From: an uncultured Melioribacter sp.
GTDB lineage: Bacteria > Bacteroidota > Ignavibacteria > Ignavibacteriales > Melioribacteraceae
DNA length: 55,593 nt
Direction of reading: 5' to 3'
Assembly: GCA_964600175.1 (NCBI GenBank)
Contig: CAZRIQ010000001.1
Location: 1 to 55,593 of the forward strand
Below the pieces are notes generated by a model, which was given only the letters and a program-made list of their open reading frames with translations, was not told the DNA's origin and did no database searches. Position numbers and translations under genes: made by a program. Positions 45,875-55,593 of the stretch are shown piece after piece. Positions within the stretch are counted from its first letter, which is position 1; every line of letters begins with the position of its first letter.

Positions 45875-47076
45875 ATATTCATATCCCTATCGTCTTCATA
45901 ATTATAAATATCCCATCTTAACATTAATCTTCCTTGATTTGCATAAATGCCTTCATTGAGATATTTCCCTGATTTATAAAGATCCCCTTGTTTATAGTAA
46001 TAAGCAGAAATCCAATTGAAAACTCTTGCAATATTAAATTCCATATCAGACGTTCTCAAGGTTTTGTAAAAGTCATCTTCATCAACCTGTTTCTTGAATG
46101 CTTCGATCATTATTTCGGCGTATTCAACAGCTCTTTTCTGATCCTTGTTAACCCAATAAGCCCAAAGCAAAAATAAGAGGTCATCAACAACTGAAAATTC
46201 AGCCGCTTCTTTTTCTATCCTGCTAATGTTTTTTTCATCATCATTTAATACATACGCTTCCGCTAAAAGAATAAAGGTTTCAAGATACCCTTCCCATCCA
46301 CGATGATATTTGCCTTCTGCTTTTACTTTTTTCATTTCAACAAGCCACTTTTCACCGAATTCAATAACCTTGTTTCTTTCCCCAAGTGGCTGATAGGTCT
46401 TACATAAATGATTTAAGGCGTGTGTGTCATGGGGATCTTTCTCATGCGCCTCTAAAAGAAGCGGCAAACTTCTTTCCGCTTTTTGCTTTATCAACTTTTC
46501 ATTGTCTTTAAACATATATCCGTAATGATCAAACCGAATATCTAATTTTATATAAGGCCCTGAGTTGTCTTTGAGTTTATTATGAACTTTTTCTGTGAAT
46601 TCTAAATTTCCATCTATTAAAGAAGTATTAAAAAGACGTGCCTGCCTAAATGGTTTTTTTAGTTTTAAATTTTTTTTATCTGGAAAATTATCAATCCAAA
46701 CAAAGCCAACCCGATATTCTAGATAATTAGGATTTAAAACGGCATCTTTTAAATTATAAAGACTTCTCCAGTGGTCTTGTGCAAGTGACTCGTCCGCATC
46801 TAAATACAGAATCCACTCACCCTTTGCTTTTGCGAAGCTATAATTTCTGGCAGCCGAAAAGTCCCATGGATCAAATATTTTTGTATATACATTGTCAGTG
46901 TGTTTTTTTGCAACTTGAACCGTTCTGTCAGTTGATCCGGTATCAACTATAATCAATTCAGTCAATGGTTCAAGTGTTTCATCATCCTTCCAGTAAATCA
47001 AAGGCGCGAAAGAATCTAGACATCTTTCCAGATTTGCTTCCTCGTCTTTTACAATCATACAGATGCTTAATTTCAT
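45856..47076 (-). CDS. Glycosyltransferase family 2 with TPR-like helical C-terminus
   Basis: KLSICMIVKDEE, IIVDTGSTDRT, DFSAARN, WILYLDADE, HYGY. Confidence 0.92.
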   Translation of the reverse strand: MKLSICMIVKDEEANLERCLDSFAPLIYWKDDETLEPLTELIIVDTGSTDRTVQVAKKHTDNVYTKIFDPWDFSAARNYSFAKAKGEWILYLDADESLAQDHWRSLYNLKDAVLNPNYLEYRVGFVWIDNFPDKKNLKLKKPFRQARLFNTSLIDGNLEFTEKVHNKLKDNSGPYIKLDIRFDHYGYMFKDNEKLIKQKAERSLPLLLEAHEKDPHDTHALNHLCKTYQPLGERNKVIEFGEKWLVEMKKVKAEGKYHRGWEGYLETFILLAEAYVLNDDEKNISRIEKEAAEFSVVDDLLFLLWAYWVNKDQKRAVEYAEIMIEAFKKQVDEDDFYKTLRTSDMEFNIARVFNWISAYYYKQGDLYKSGKYLNEGIYANQGRLMLRWDIYNYEDDRDMNIWTKNN

Positions 47077-47306
47077 AATTTCCCCAATTCGTCTAAGCCT
47101 ACTTCTGTGTATTCGCTTAACTTCTCATTCTCTTCTGGTTTTGGAATTGAAAGCATGTAGAGAATGAGATTTTTCCAACTCATTTCCCAGAGGACGTGAT
47201 GTTCTGTCCATCTAAAGTATTTGATTGCGGAACCGATAACCCTCCAGGGATTGAATTTTCTCGAAACAGATTTATCCCCTGTATCGATTCCATAAGTGCT
47301 AAAAAA
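47073..47306 (-). CDS. Tail assembly chaperone frameshift extension (gpGT-like)
   Basis: Slippery T-TTT-TTA at 47300-47306; -1 frame open to 47073: ..NPWRVIGSAIKYFRWTEHHVLWEMSWKNLILYMLSIP. Confidence 0.75.
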   Translation of the reverse strand, partial: FFSTYGIDTGDKSVSRKFNPWRVIGSAIKYFRWTEHHVLWEMSWKNLILYMLSIPKPEENEKLSEYTEVGLDELGKL

Positions 47307-47851
47307 CTTGAGTAATCCAATTGACGAATGATTAAAATGAATATTTTTAAAAGTTCTTGAGTTCCTTCACAGTTTTTTCTTAAAAAGTCGACCATTTCTT
47401 TTGATGGTGGTTCGTCTTTGTTTTCTATTCCCATTACTATACACTCTATCATTGACTGAGCGTATTTATCAACATCTCCGGCTATTTGTTTAATGCGTTT
47501 TTCGTTTTGAAGTCTATCAAGATATTCTTGCGAAGGAAGATCCATTTTGCAGACAAGACCTGAAATCTTAATCATTGCACCTGGACATATAGCGGGCACT
47601 AAAAAAGGAATCTCGTTTTTTTTTGAAATAATCTTTTCAACATCTAAAATTATTTCTGTTATATCACGGTCTTTTGTTTTTATGCCTTTGATGTTTTGTG
47701 CAATGTTTAAAAAGCCTGTTTTTGCACTATACAGGTCGGCATCTTCCAAAGTTTTTATCTTTTGAATATAATCACTTAATATATTAAGCCTGTCGGTAAT
47801 AAAAATGACTTCTGGCTTCTGTAGTAATGTGTTTGCAATTTCTTGACTCAT
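47180..47851 (-). CDS. Tail assembly chaperone (gpG-like)
   Basis: Between tail tube and TMP; carries slippery site. Confidence 0.75.
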   Translation of the reverse strand: MSQEIANTLLQKPEVIFITDRLNILSDYIQKIKTLEDADLYSAKTGFLNIAQNIKGIKTKDRDITEIILDVEKIISKKNEIPFLVPAICPGAMIKISGLVCKMDLPSQEYLDRLQNEKRIKQIAGDVDKYAQSMIECIVMGIENKDEPPSKEMVDFLRKNCEGTQELLKIFILIIRQLDYSSFLALMESIQGINLFRENSIPGGLSVPQSNTLDGQNITSSGK

Positions 47852-47901
47852 AATTCCCCTTTATCAATACCGGGCCGAATAGACCCGGTATTGTCAGTAT
47901 G

Positions 47902-48414
47902 TTAATATGCTTTCCATGCACCTTGAGACAAGGGCATTGCCGGTTCCATTACATACCCGATATAATTAATTTGACCGGGCCGTGTCTTAGAAAGTGTAAG
48001 CTGGTCACTCTGTGTAAAATTAACGTTAAAAATATCAATCGTTCGCGCGGTGCCATCTTTGTCTTTTCCGATTGCACGAATGGCTTTCTGGTTGATTGTA
48101 GTTGCTGTTCTGGATGCTTCAAAAGTAGTACTTGTAGTAGTACCACCAGCGCCCAAGGCTAAATAAGCAGGACTTATATCGTGAATTGCAAATTCAACCC
48201 TTGCTTCGCCTTCACCAGTAGCAACACTAAACAAAGGAAACTTAGAAGTCTCCGAATAAGTGTGGGTAATGGTTGGAGCGTCCATAAAAAAACCAGCCGA
48301 GTCCTCAACGAACTTACCAGGTGCTATAGATGCCATAGTTGCAGGCATACCCGTAGCCGCTGTTCGTGCGTCTCCAATTGCAATGGAATCAAGCCGTGTA
48401 AGATATTTAGGCAT
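47902..48414 (-). CDS. Major tail tube protein
   Basis: Position and size; followed by hairpin 47866-47892. Confidence 0.7.
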   Translation of the reverse strand: MPKYLTRLDSIAIGDARTAATGMPATMASIAPGKFVEDSAGFFMDAPTITHTYSETSKFPLFSVATGEGEARVEFAIHDISPAYLALGAGGTTTSTTFEASRTATTINQKAIRAIGKDKDGTARTIDIFNVNFTQSDQLTLSKTRPGQINYIGYVMEPAMPLSQGAWKAY

Positions 48415-48426
48415 GAGACCTCCTTT

Positions 48427-48840
48427 TTATGATCCAATTCTATAATTGACTCTTATCGATCCATAAGACATATCATCTTCATCAGGATCTTGAAAAATTT
48501 GTTGTCCAACTATGTCAAGTTCAAAAAACTCAGTTGTTCCGTGTCCTGCCTCGATCTTGGGAATAACCGCTGCCATAATTGCGTTTATTGATGTCTCGTC
48601 AGGTTTTCCGTTTGACAGGTTTTGAGCGTAACAATTAATATGCACAACCCCTGTCTGTGTTAAAGTGCCGCGCTCAAAAGATGTCGCTGGTTTTATCAGT
48701 AGAGCAGTCAAAACGATATTTTTCAACTTGTCATTTAAGGGCTTCTTATGTCTGTGAATTCTGCCATCCAAAAGAGAAGTTACAGCCGAAACATTCACAA
48801 TCAGATAACACCTGTTTAAAATGTCTTCTATCGTTTTCAT
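48427..48840 (-). CDS. Tail terminator-like protein
   Basis: QTGVVHINCYAQN; position. Confidence 0.65.
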   Translation of the reverse strand: MKTIEDILNRCYLIVNVSAVTSLLDGRIHRHKKPLNDKLKNIVLTALLIKPATSFERGTLTQTGVVHINCYAQNLSNGKPDETSINAIMAAVIPKIEAGHGTTEFFELDIVGQQIFQDPDEDDMSYGSIRVNYRIGS

Positions 48841-49289
48841 ACTGAAAACCTTATATTGGCACCCAACTCTTTTTCAAAAGTTCTAATCAACTCTTCGGCG
48901 ACTGGTGCGCTTCCTGTTATTACATCGTAACCTTTAGATTCAACAGCAGCGGCGTATTCCATACCAGCAAAGCCTATCAAAACCCAACCTTTATTATATT
49001 CTAAAGCAAGCTCTTGAATAATAGCTTTTGCGGCATTTTTACCGTCTTCGCTTCCTTTGAGATTCCGGTCTTTGACTTCACCATCTTTTAAAACAGCATA
49101 ACCGATTGAACCTGTTAAAGCTCCGGTATCATCTTTATAGGTATGATTATCCCTTGCAGCATTAGCAAATGTTTCTCCGATACGTCCGAGTTCATGATAA
49201 ATTTCCATCTCTTTTTCATGAGCCCAACGATCAACCTGCGCGCCGATTGCATTAATGGTAAACAAAGGATTTAAACTACCTTTAATCAA
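48837..49289 (-). CDS. Neck/tail completion protein (HK97 gp10-like)
   Basis: YKDDTGALTGSIGY..AGMEYAAAVESKGYDV. Confidence 0.8.
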   Translation of the reverse strand: MIKGSLNPLFTINAIGAQVDRWAHEKEMEIYHELGRIGETFANAARDNHTYKDDTGALTGSIGYAVLKDGEVKDRNLKGSEDGKNAAKAIIQELALEYNKGWVLIGFAGMEYAAAVESKGYDVITGSAPVAEELIRTFEKELGANIRFSV

Positions 49290-49608
49290 CTTCGATCTCC
49301 GCGTGTTTTTGGAAATTGTGAAGCCCCACGATTTTTAAAGTTTCACCTTTGAAAGAAAATCCAACAAGCTGAGTTTTCCACGGAACATTGTAATTAATAC
49401 GATCACGACAAATAACATCGTAAGCATATATCAATTCGCTACCGTTTTCAGTACGAGTAAATGCCGATGCTTTTGTTCTATTTGGTTGAACATTACAGCG
49501 TATGCTTGCAACGGTTGAAGTTGTTGTTTCTACAAAAACACCATAAGCATTATAAGTCCCAAGCGTTGCAAACCATGAAATAGTCGCTGTATGTGGATAA
49601 CGTTTCAC
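49282..49608 (-). CDS. Head closure protein
   Basis: MKRYPHT..RCNVQPN; position. Confidence 0.6.
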   Translation of the reverse strand: MKRYPHTATISWFATLGTYNAYGVFVETTTSTVASIRCNVQPNRTKASAFTRTENGSELIYAYDVICRDRINYNVPWKTQLVGFSFKGETLKIVGLHNFQKHAEIEVD

Positions 49609-49925
49609 CTTAAAGCCCTTCCATTAATCCCGAAAGACACGGCTGATTGTTCAGGTGGTGTTAATCCATGTTTACGATAAAGATTTAACCTTGCAGTCAA
49701 GCACGCCTTAGCGTTCCATTTTTCAGATTGAGTGCCTTCTCTATACTCTGGCATTGCAGACATTAAGAGATAAATATCAGCGGCGCAAAGATCAAGATTC
49801 TGTTCTTGTCCAGCTGAATAATTATCGCCAGATGTAATTCCTGCATCAGTCAAAGACTTTGCCAAAAGATTTGCACTCAACCCATCAAATTCAGGGAATG
49901 ACTGTAAGGCTTCTAAGTTAGTCAT
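49605..49925 (-). CDS. Head-tail adaptor
   Basis: Likely start MTNLEALQ overlapping the capsid stop. Confidence 0.65.
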   Translation of the reverse strand: MTNLEALQSFPEFDGLSANLLAKSLTDAGITSGDNYSAGQEQNLDLCAADIYLLMSAMPEYREGTQSEKWNAKACLTARLNLYRKHGLTPPEQSAVSFGINGRALR

Positions 49926-51033
49926 CGAGTCCGTCCGCTTCAGGGGTTCCAGTTGCATCAAAACGCCAACAGTAGTCACGGTTACCCCAGCTTGGGAATG
50001 CGTTGGTTTCGCCTTTTGTGATTTCCTGAACAGGATCAACTTCACCCCAACGAGAAATCAAAACACCGTCTTGTTTTTTCTGAATGATGTGTTTAGGCGG
50101 ATTCAGTTCTTCTGCTAACGGGCCGAACAACATTTTGCCACATTGCAGCTCAGGAACGAACGTAACATAAGTTGATCCCCAAGGATCGGTTGAAGTTTGA
50201 ACATGATTCTCATTTTCCAAATAAACGTAAGTATTAATCACAACCACTTGAGGCAATCCTTGCTGAACCAATGCTTGATTCAATTGTTTTAATGAAGGAC
50301 GCCCTGCAAAAGTTGTCGGGGTATTTACAGTAAGGCCCCAAACCAAATTAGCACACTCATCACGAACAATCATCCGGTTAAAATTAGTGCTATTCATGAT
50401 TGCGTATTTAGGTTGTGGAATACCTGCATCTCTTGCAGCGTCTACTATGTCACGGAAATCTGTAATCGGCATTGCAGTTGTGGAAGCGTTATCCCATGCA
50501 CGTGTTGCTGTCGCGCTTTTTACTTTCCGTTTTCGAGCGGCAGGCAACTGATAATCAACTGCATCTGCTGTTACAATACCGGCTGAGTAAGTTTTGTTAA
50601 ACGTTACTGTACTTGTTGCCAATATTTGACAGGCGATATAATCAAGCATCGCATGTACGCCAAGGTAACACGCTTTCACATCGTCAAAGATCATATCCAA
50701 AAGCGCGTTTTTGTCGCCCATTGTAGCTTTTGCAATATTGTACTGTAAGATGTCGTTTTCATCCATTTTCTTTTTCATACGAATTGCAGGAATTTTCCCG
50801 TTGTATTGGGAAATAACCTTGCGCGTTTTTTCTGGTGCCTCTGAATTGTAAGCGACAACATCAGCGGCAACGGGTGGTCCCTCTGTCCCGATCAGTGCCT
50901 TATAATCAAGAAAAGGCGTAGGCTTCGGAGCAAAAAAGGTTTTCCAAATCATACCGGGCCACGGATTCATAGTTAAATATGTTTCCAGTTTTGCCGGATT
51001 AATATCAGTTTTTAAAAGTTCATATTGTCCCAT
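49918..51033 (-). CDS. Major capsid protein (lambda E-like)
   Basis: AADVVAYNSEAPEKTR..GKIPAIRMKKKMDE..TKGETNAFP. Confidence 0.9.
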   Translation of the reverse strand: MGQYELLKTDINPAKLETYLTMNPWPGMIWKTFFAPKPTPFLDYKALIGTEGPPVAADVVAYNSEAPEKTRKVISQYNGKIPAIRMKKKMDENDILQYNIAKATMGDKNALLDMIFDDVKACYLGVHAMLDYIACQILATSTVTFNKTYSAGIVTADAVDYQLPAARKRKVKSATATRAWDNASTTAMPITDFRDIVDAARDAGIPQPKYAIMNSTNFNRMIVRDECANLVWGLTVNTPTTFAGRPSLKQLNQALVQQGLPQVVVINTYVYLENENHVQTSTDPWGSTYVTFVPELQCGKMLFGPLAEELNPPKHIIQKKQDGVLISRWGEVDPVQEITKGETNAFPSWGNRDYCWRFDATGTPEADGLDD

Positions 51034-51045
51034 ATTAGCCTCCTC

Positions 51046-51651
51046 TTATACGAACATAAAACGGTCAGTCATAGCCGTTTTCTGCACTGTGGTTATAGGA
51101 TAAGGCATGAGACTTTCATCTACGTCTGCACGCGCAACAACACCAAAAGAGATATTCTGCAAGGTTGTATAATCTGCCTCTCGAACATCAATATTGTCTT
51201 TCAATAAATACTTTGGAAGATAAAGGTTGGTTGTAGCACCTGACGCTGTTGATTCATGCACAAAAGTATCTGCTGTTACTAATACGCCAAGAGCTGTATC
51301 AACAACAACTGTGACAGTATTAGTTTGTCGTGTTACGGCTGAAATCGTAGCACCTGTAGCACCACCAGCCACACCCAAAGCTTCACCGACAATAAATTCT
51401 GCCGGAGCTGCTAATTGATAATGCGTAACAGTCGCGCCACCGCTTCCAACGACTTTCGCTGTTTTAACTGGCTGATACATGCCAGCCGTGTTTGACAGTG
51501 CCAACATGGTTCCCTTTTTCAACTCTTTAGTTGTACCGGGAATTCTGTCAACTGCCAGAACGCCTCCACTTGGAATTTCAGACAATATTCTCAAAAATAC
51601 TGGATCGTACCGAGATTCGGAAGAGGTCGTTATTTGCAATGAAGTATCCAT
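51046..51651 (-). CDS. Head decoration protein with inserted Thr/Gly-rich domain
   Basis: IPSGGVL..KGT..PVKTAKV; between scaffold and capsid. Confidence 0.7.
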   Translation of the reverse strand: MDTSLQITTSSESRYDPVFLRILSEIPSGGVLAVDRIPGTTKELKKGTMLALSNTAGMYQPVKTAKVVGSGGATVTHYQLAAPAEFIVGEALGVAGGATGATISAVTRQTNTVTVVVDTALGVLVTADTFVHESTASGATTNLYLPKYLLKDNIDVREADYTTLQNISFGVVARADVDESLMPYPITTVQKTAMTDRFMFV

Positions 51652-51661
51652 TGTTCCTCCG

Positions 51662-52375
51662 TTATTCTGTCATTAAAATTGCATCCGATTTAACACTTTC
51701 ACCCGTGTTAATCGATTTTAGATAGGCCTCGACTTCTGCCTCAGACGACTTGATCTCAGAGGTGCTCATAATTGGTTCAGTTGTGTTTTTGATTTCTTCA
51801 TCCGCTTTTTTCTGCATCAAATCCGAAAAATCTTCACTGAACTGTTTGACTGATTCAGAAATTTCTTCTTCAGTCTCGCCGCTTATGTACTTAATATGCT
51901 TTGGATCAAGTTCCGCTGCTTTCAAAGCCTTCTCTTTCATTTGCTGTACAGTCTGTTGCTTTTTATCGCTTTCCAACGTCTCTACCTTCTGAACCAATGG
52001 GTTTACGATTTTTTCAAGCGCATCCTGTAGCTTCTTGTCAAAGTCGGTATCTTCTGGCGTTTTTTTATCGTCCGGTTTCTGTGTGTTCTCTGTCTTGTAC
52101 TTTTCAGATAATTCCGCCTCGATTTCTTTTCTCAAAGTTCCTTCACGTGTTCTGATGGCTTGTGTCGTTCTCTGGTCAACTTCTTTCTGGACTCCAGACT
52201 CAACGCCTAACTGAATTTTTAAATCAATAACCGCATCTTCTATTTGTTCCACGGTGTCAACTTTGATCTTGTCGGTATGTTTTTCATCAATTCCGCGCTT
52301 TTTTAGTTCGGCCTTGATCTCTTTTTCAAAGCTCATTTTTTTTCTCCCGTTTTTGCCGTTTGCTATAATAGACAC
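51662..52375 (-). CDS. Capsid scaffolding protein (likely start MSFEKE at 52336)
   Basis: Charged, helical; VQKEVDQRTTQAIRT. Confidence 0.7.
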   Translation of the reverse strand: MSIIANGKNGRKKMSFEKEIKAELKKRGIDEKHTDKIKVDTVEQIEDAVIDLKIQLGVESGVQKEVDQRTTQAIRTREGTLRKEIEAELSEKYKTENTQKPDDKKTPEDTDFDKKLQDALEKIVNPLVQKVETLESDKKQQTVQQMKEKALKAAELDPKHIKYISGETEEEISESVKQFSEDFSDLMQKKADEEIKNTTEPIMSTSEIKSSEAEVEAYLKSINTGESVKSDAILMTE

Positions 52376-52491
52376 GTTGCTTCTCAGCCAATCTTTCAGC
52401 TTCTGCTTTTGCTATCATGTCACCCGGCACGTAAGTAAAACATTTACCTTGTCTGCCTGCTCTAAAACCTGGCATACCGTTTTTTCTACAC

Positions 52492-52881
52492 TCACGGATT
52501 TGCATGTCTAACTTTCTCCAAATGATTTCTTATCGCTTGATGCTTAAAGCGTGCTTCTAAATCAGAAATCTTGAAATCAATATTTACCGTTAATCCGTTT
52601 TCTGTTTTGATTTCACATTTTTCAATGTTCAAATCGTTTTGTGCTGCGAATGTTTTAAGCGGCTGTATAGCATTGTCAAGATCGGTCCTGCATTGCTTTA
52701 CAACCGCCTCAATTCTTTCTTTGGTTTGTTTCACGTAATCTTTTACAATCTGTTTTTCGAGTTCGCTTATTTGTTGACTTTCAGGCTTCTCAATATTCAT
52801 TGGCTTTATAGCATTGGGATCATATTTTTCTTCTGATTCTTGAGCCTTTGCTTTCTTGGTTGTTGTTTTTTTTGTTGCCAT
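52492..52881 (-). CDS. Hypothetical protein
   Basis: GGAGG RBS. Confidence 0.6.
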   Translation of the reverse strand: MATKKTTTKKAKAQESEEKYDPNAIKPMNIEKPESQQISELEKQIVKDYVKQTKERIEAVVKQCRTDLDNAIQPLKTFAAQNDLNIEKCEIKTENGLTVNIDFKISDLEARFKHQAIRNHLEKVRHANP

Positions 52882-52890
52882 GTTGCCTCC

Positions 52891-52932
52891 AAATAAAAAA
52901 AGGCCGGACAGGGGGTTAACCCTATCCGGCCT
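52891..52932 (-). terminator. Rho-independent terminator
   Basis: AGGCCGGATAGGG..CCCTGTCCGGCCT followed by TTTTTTATTT. Confidence 0.8.
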
Positions 52933-53567
52933 CGTGTGTCAAGTACCGAACATATTTTAAAACTTTATTTTTAAATCCGCCGCCTATTAAACATTACAGA
53001 AGCTTGGTGGCCTCCGGTTAATTATTTTAACTGCATCGTACGCTACCAATCAAAATAATATAATAATGTTTAAGCCAAGACAGACGGCCCCGTCTTTTAC
53101 TGGCATTATCTATCATTATTGAGCAACAACACCACTTGTACACTCTCAAATAGAATCATTTTAATTTCCCATTTTTAACACTAAACCTTATCTCTCTATT
53201 AAACAACTTCGAAATAATACACGCACCAAACCCAAATATCGGCGACAATAAAAATATAATTGATTGAAAAAATACAACTTTCCAGCTATTTTTTCGTGTA
53301 TCTGCATAAATTAACAATATTGTATCATTGTAAAGGTTCATTCTATTTCCAGAACTATCGACATGCGTTCTTTCTGCTTTTATGTCTTTACCGTCCATCA
53401 TTTCATTCCCTCTAAAATATCTTTTACATCCTTTTGCAGTTTTTCAGTTTCATCAATCACCCATTTCTTTAAATTATTTAATTCTTTGTTTATTTTTAAC
53501 ACAAGTAACAAATAAGATGCAATCATTGCTGTAACTAAAATCAGTGTCACTTTGATATTGGCCGGCA

Positions 53568-53951
53568 TCATGCCACATTCTCCAAACTTATCAACATACT
53601 TGCTTGAATTTTATCTACATCCCAATCGTTTTCTTTTGCTAACTTTAAAGTATCTGTTAAACCGGTTGCAAATGTTGTCATGGACTCTAATATAATAACC
53701 GTTTTATCGAAAGACTCAAATGTAAGCAAATAAACTCTCTCAACTTCATTATAAGAATATGGGTGATATTTTGCAATAAGTTCAATTTGATCTATCTGAA
53801 AAGGTGTTAGTTTTACACCGAGAGCCATGCTTGCATAAGATGGTTTATGTTTTGCTATTTGTGCAACACTATTCATTGACTTTGACATTTCTCTCATAGC
53901 CTTTACGCCACTTTTGATTGTGCTAAATGCAATGTTATTCATTCCCTTCAT
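53568..53951 (-). CDS. Hypothetical protein
   Basis: 127-aa coupled ORF. Confidence 0.5.
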   Translation of the reverse strand: MKGMNNIAFSTIKSGVKAMREMSKSMNSVAQIAKHKPSYASMALGVKLTPFQIDQIELIAKYHPYSYNEVERVYLLTFESFDKTVIILESMTTFATGLTDTLKLAKENDWDVDKIQASMLISLENVA

Positions 53952-54229
53952 ATATGCGTTTTCTTTACCTTAGCCGAATCAATATGAATCGTTACTTTGT
54001 TAGATTTGCCGCGTTTAATTTTATCAACCACTTTAGATATAAATGCCAGCGTCCAAATAAAACGGGCATATTTAATGTCTTTATCATCAATAACTATAGA
54101 TCCACATTTTGGGCATGGTTTGTTATGCCACTTTTTGACTTCTGAATATTTTTGTTTTACTGGATAAAATTCCCAGTCGCAATTTTCGCAAGCTATTCTT
54201 AAGCTTTCCATCATTTCACATTCTCCCAA
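53948..54229 (-). CDS. Zn-ribbon protein
   Basis: CENC..CPKCG. Confidence 0.6.
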   Translation of the reverse strand: MGECEMMESLRIACENCDWEFYPVKQKYSEVKKWHNKPCPKCGSIVIDDKDIKYARFIWTLAFISKVVDKIKRGKSNKVTIHIDSAKVKKTHI

Positions 54230-54362
54230 AAACCTAAAATATAATCATGCAACCTTTTTCCCATTATTAAATAGACGGGCTTATTAAGAGATATGGTAAA
54301 ATTATTTTTTATTGCTTCAATATCTTTATTCGGATCAGCATAATATATTTTATTATTCCAAT

Positions 54363-55322
54363 TCATCTCAAATTCTCCCAAAACTCAACCGCCGCGCCTT
54401 CATAACTTTTCGGATCTGCAATATCAAACCCATGACTCACGGCCCCTACGTTTCTATTAGTCATCACTTCACACCCACAAAGAGCCGCTTGATTAACGAT
54501 AAGCCCGTTCGCCTCAGGCCATCTCGGAAGGTGAATAAGCGTTTCGACTTGATTAAGAAATTGGGGAACCTGGTCATAATTTAAACGTCCTATATTGTTT
54601 CCAAAGTTAAAACGTCCTGCCAGTGATTGAAGATTACTACCGAATATAGTTACTTCGGAATCCAATGTCAAGCGTTTTATGTTATAAAATCCTTTTGGCT
54701 CTCCATTGGCTCTATCGGCGGCATATTTGATGGTTCGTTTCTGGTTGGTATTTGTGAATAGTTCCGTGTCGATTATTGGCCGTACAATGAATGATTTGTC
54801 TCTGATTTGTGGCCCGTACATCAAGACGTGTGTTTCTAAATGAACCGGACTCAGGAAGGCCAGCTTATAAGCGTTTTTAAATAATGTCTCGTTTTGTTTA
54901 ACTGAACATTTCCCATCATTCCACGGCCCCGGCAAGTCTCTTGTGTCTGTATAAAACTCTTGATTCTCAACACAATTCACGCCGTCTGTGATATGCCCGT
55001 TGCAAGGTATACAAGCAAGATTACATGAATCGCAGTAACCACATTGGCCTAGAATGTAGGGAACGTTGCGTCTACCAAGTATGTCTAATATTCCCTTAGC
55101 CCATTCAATCCCAAAACGGTATTCATCCACAGGACAATTAAAAACATCCCAAAAAATCCACAAATCTTCATCCCTTAATAGTTTATCAGACCGGCCTCTA
55201 ATAGATAATATATTTATTTTATGCCCCAGACTACGCCCTGCCTCAATTATGGCCCGGGTGTACTGTTCGCCGCCACCGTTAAAGTGGAACGGGTTCAGGT
55301 GTGATATAAAGTTAATTTTCAT
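54363..55322 (-). CDS. GT-B (GT4-like) glycosyltransferase
   Basis: NGGGEQY, KGFYN, IHLPRWPEANGLIVNQAALCGC. Confidence 0.8.
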   Translation of the reverse strand: MKINFISHLNPFHFNGGGEQYTRAIIEAGRSLGHKINILSIRGRSDKLLRDEDLWIFWDVFNCPVDEYRFGIEWAKGILDILGRRNVPYILGQCGYCDSCNLACIPCNGHITDGVNCVENQEFYTDTRDLPGPWNDGKCSVKQNETLFKNAYKLAFLSPVHLETHVLMYGPQIRDKSFIVRPIIDTELFTNTNQKRTIKYAADRANGEPKGFYNIKRLTLDSEVTIFGSNLQSLAGRFNFGNNIGRLNYDQVPQFLNQVETLIHLPRWPEANGLIVNQAALCGCEVMTNRNVGAVSHGFDIADPKSYEGAAVEFWENLR

Positions 55323-55593
55323 TTATTTCTCTCTTAAAATAAAATATTGTCACATTGGTTGCATATGGATGTCTTATACATGATATAAGTTCCCATCCAT
55401 CAAAACCCATAATATTAAGCCATCCAACATCATTATTATCGGAGTATTCTTCTTTTACTGAGTATTCAAACTTTTTCATTTAACTATCTCCCAGTTTTAA
55501 GACGCCCTTTCTAACATAAGATCATAATATTTATCAGGCTCTTCATAATCAATTGTAATATATAATCCTTCTTCCTCCAATAAGTCATTTATA

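Larger units (their letters stand above)
1..55593 (-). mobile_element. Tailed dsDNA phage (siphovirus-like), probably complete circularly permuted genome
   Basis: Terminase, portal, capsid, tail, tape measure, lysis and replication genes all lie on the minus strand. The ORF at 900->1 lacks a stop but closes (..DCNH|YK*) if joined to 55593. Confidence 0.93.

Noticed and set aside
327-55383. Plus-strand ORFs in the six-frame track
   Set aside because: They are shadows of minus-strand genes with no recognisable motifs

Overview
This AT-rich window is a tailed (siphovirus-type) phage with essentially all real genes on the minus strand. It is probably the complete, circularly permuted genome: ORFs read through the 55593/1 junction, and the portal-MuF and scaffold-capsid blocks join across it. 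Modules: terminase/portal/minor head (8.1-14 kb), a glycosyl-/methyltransferase cluster inserted in the head region (54.3 kb across the junction to 6.6 kb), replication/recombination/regulation (22.8-33.2 kb), lysis (33.7-35 kb), tail (35.2-49.6 kb) and capsid (49.6-52.4 kb). No integrase, tyrosine recombinase or reverse transcriptase is recognisable. Main finding: an integron-type gene-cassette array at 16.8-22.3 kb. It has an attI-like site, 13 two-armed attC sites with canonical geometry (R''/L''/L'/R' boxes, extrahelical bases) and two half sites, defining about 15 cassettes. Every cassette ORF is antisense to attC polarity, several ORFs start inside the attC loop and translate through its left arm, and there is no intI. 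Second finding: small stand-alone genes that are copies of pieces of the phage's own tail proteins, three of them behind twin-arginine-like N-termini. Also present: a tRNA-like RNA with a large central insert, other structured RNAs, and a GT2 gene inside the tail operon. Family assignments come from motif recognition by eye; no database search was run.
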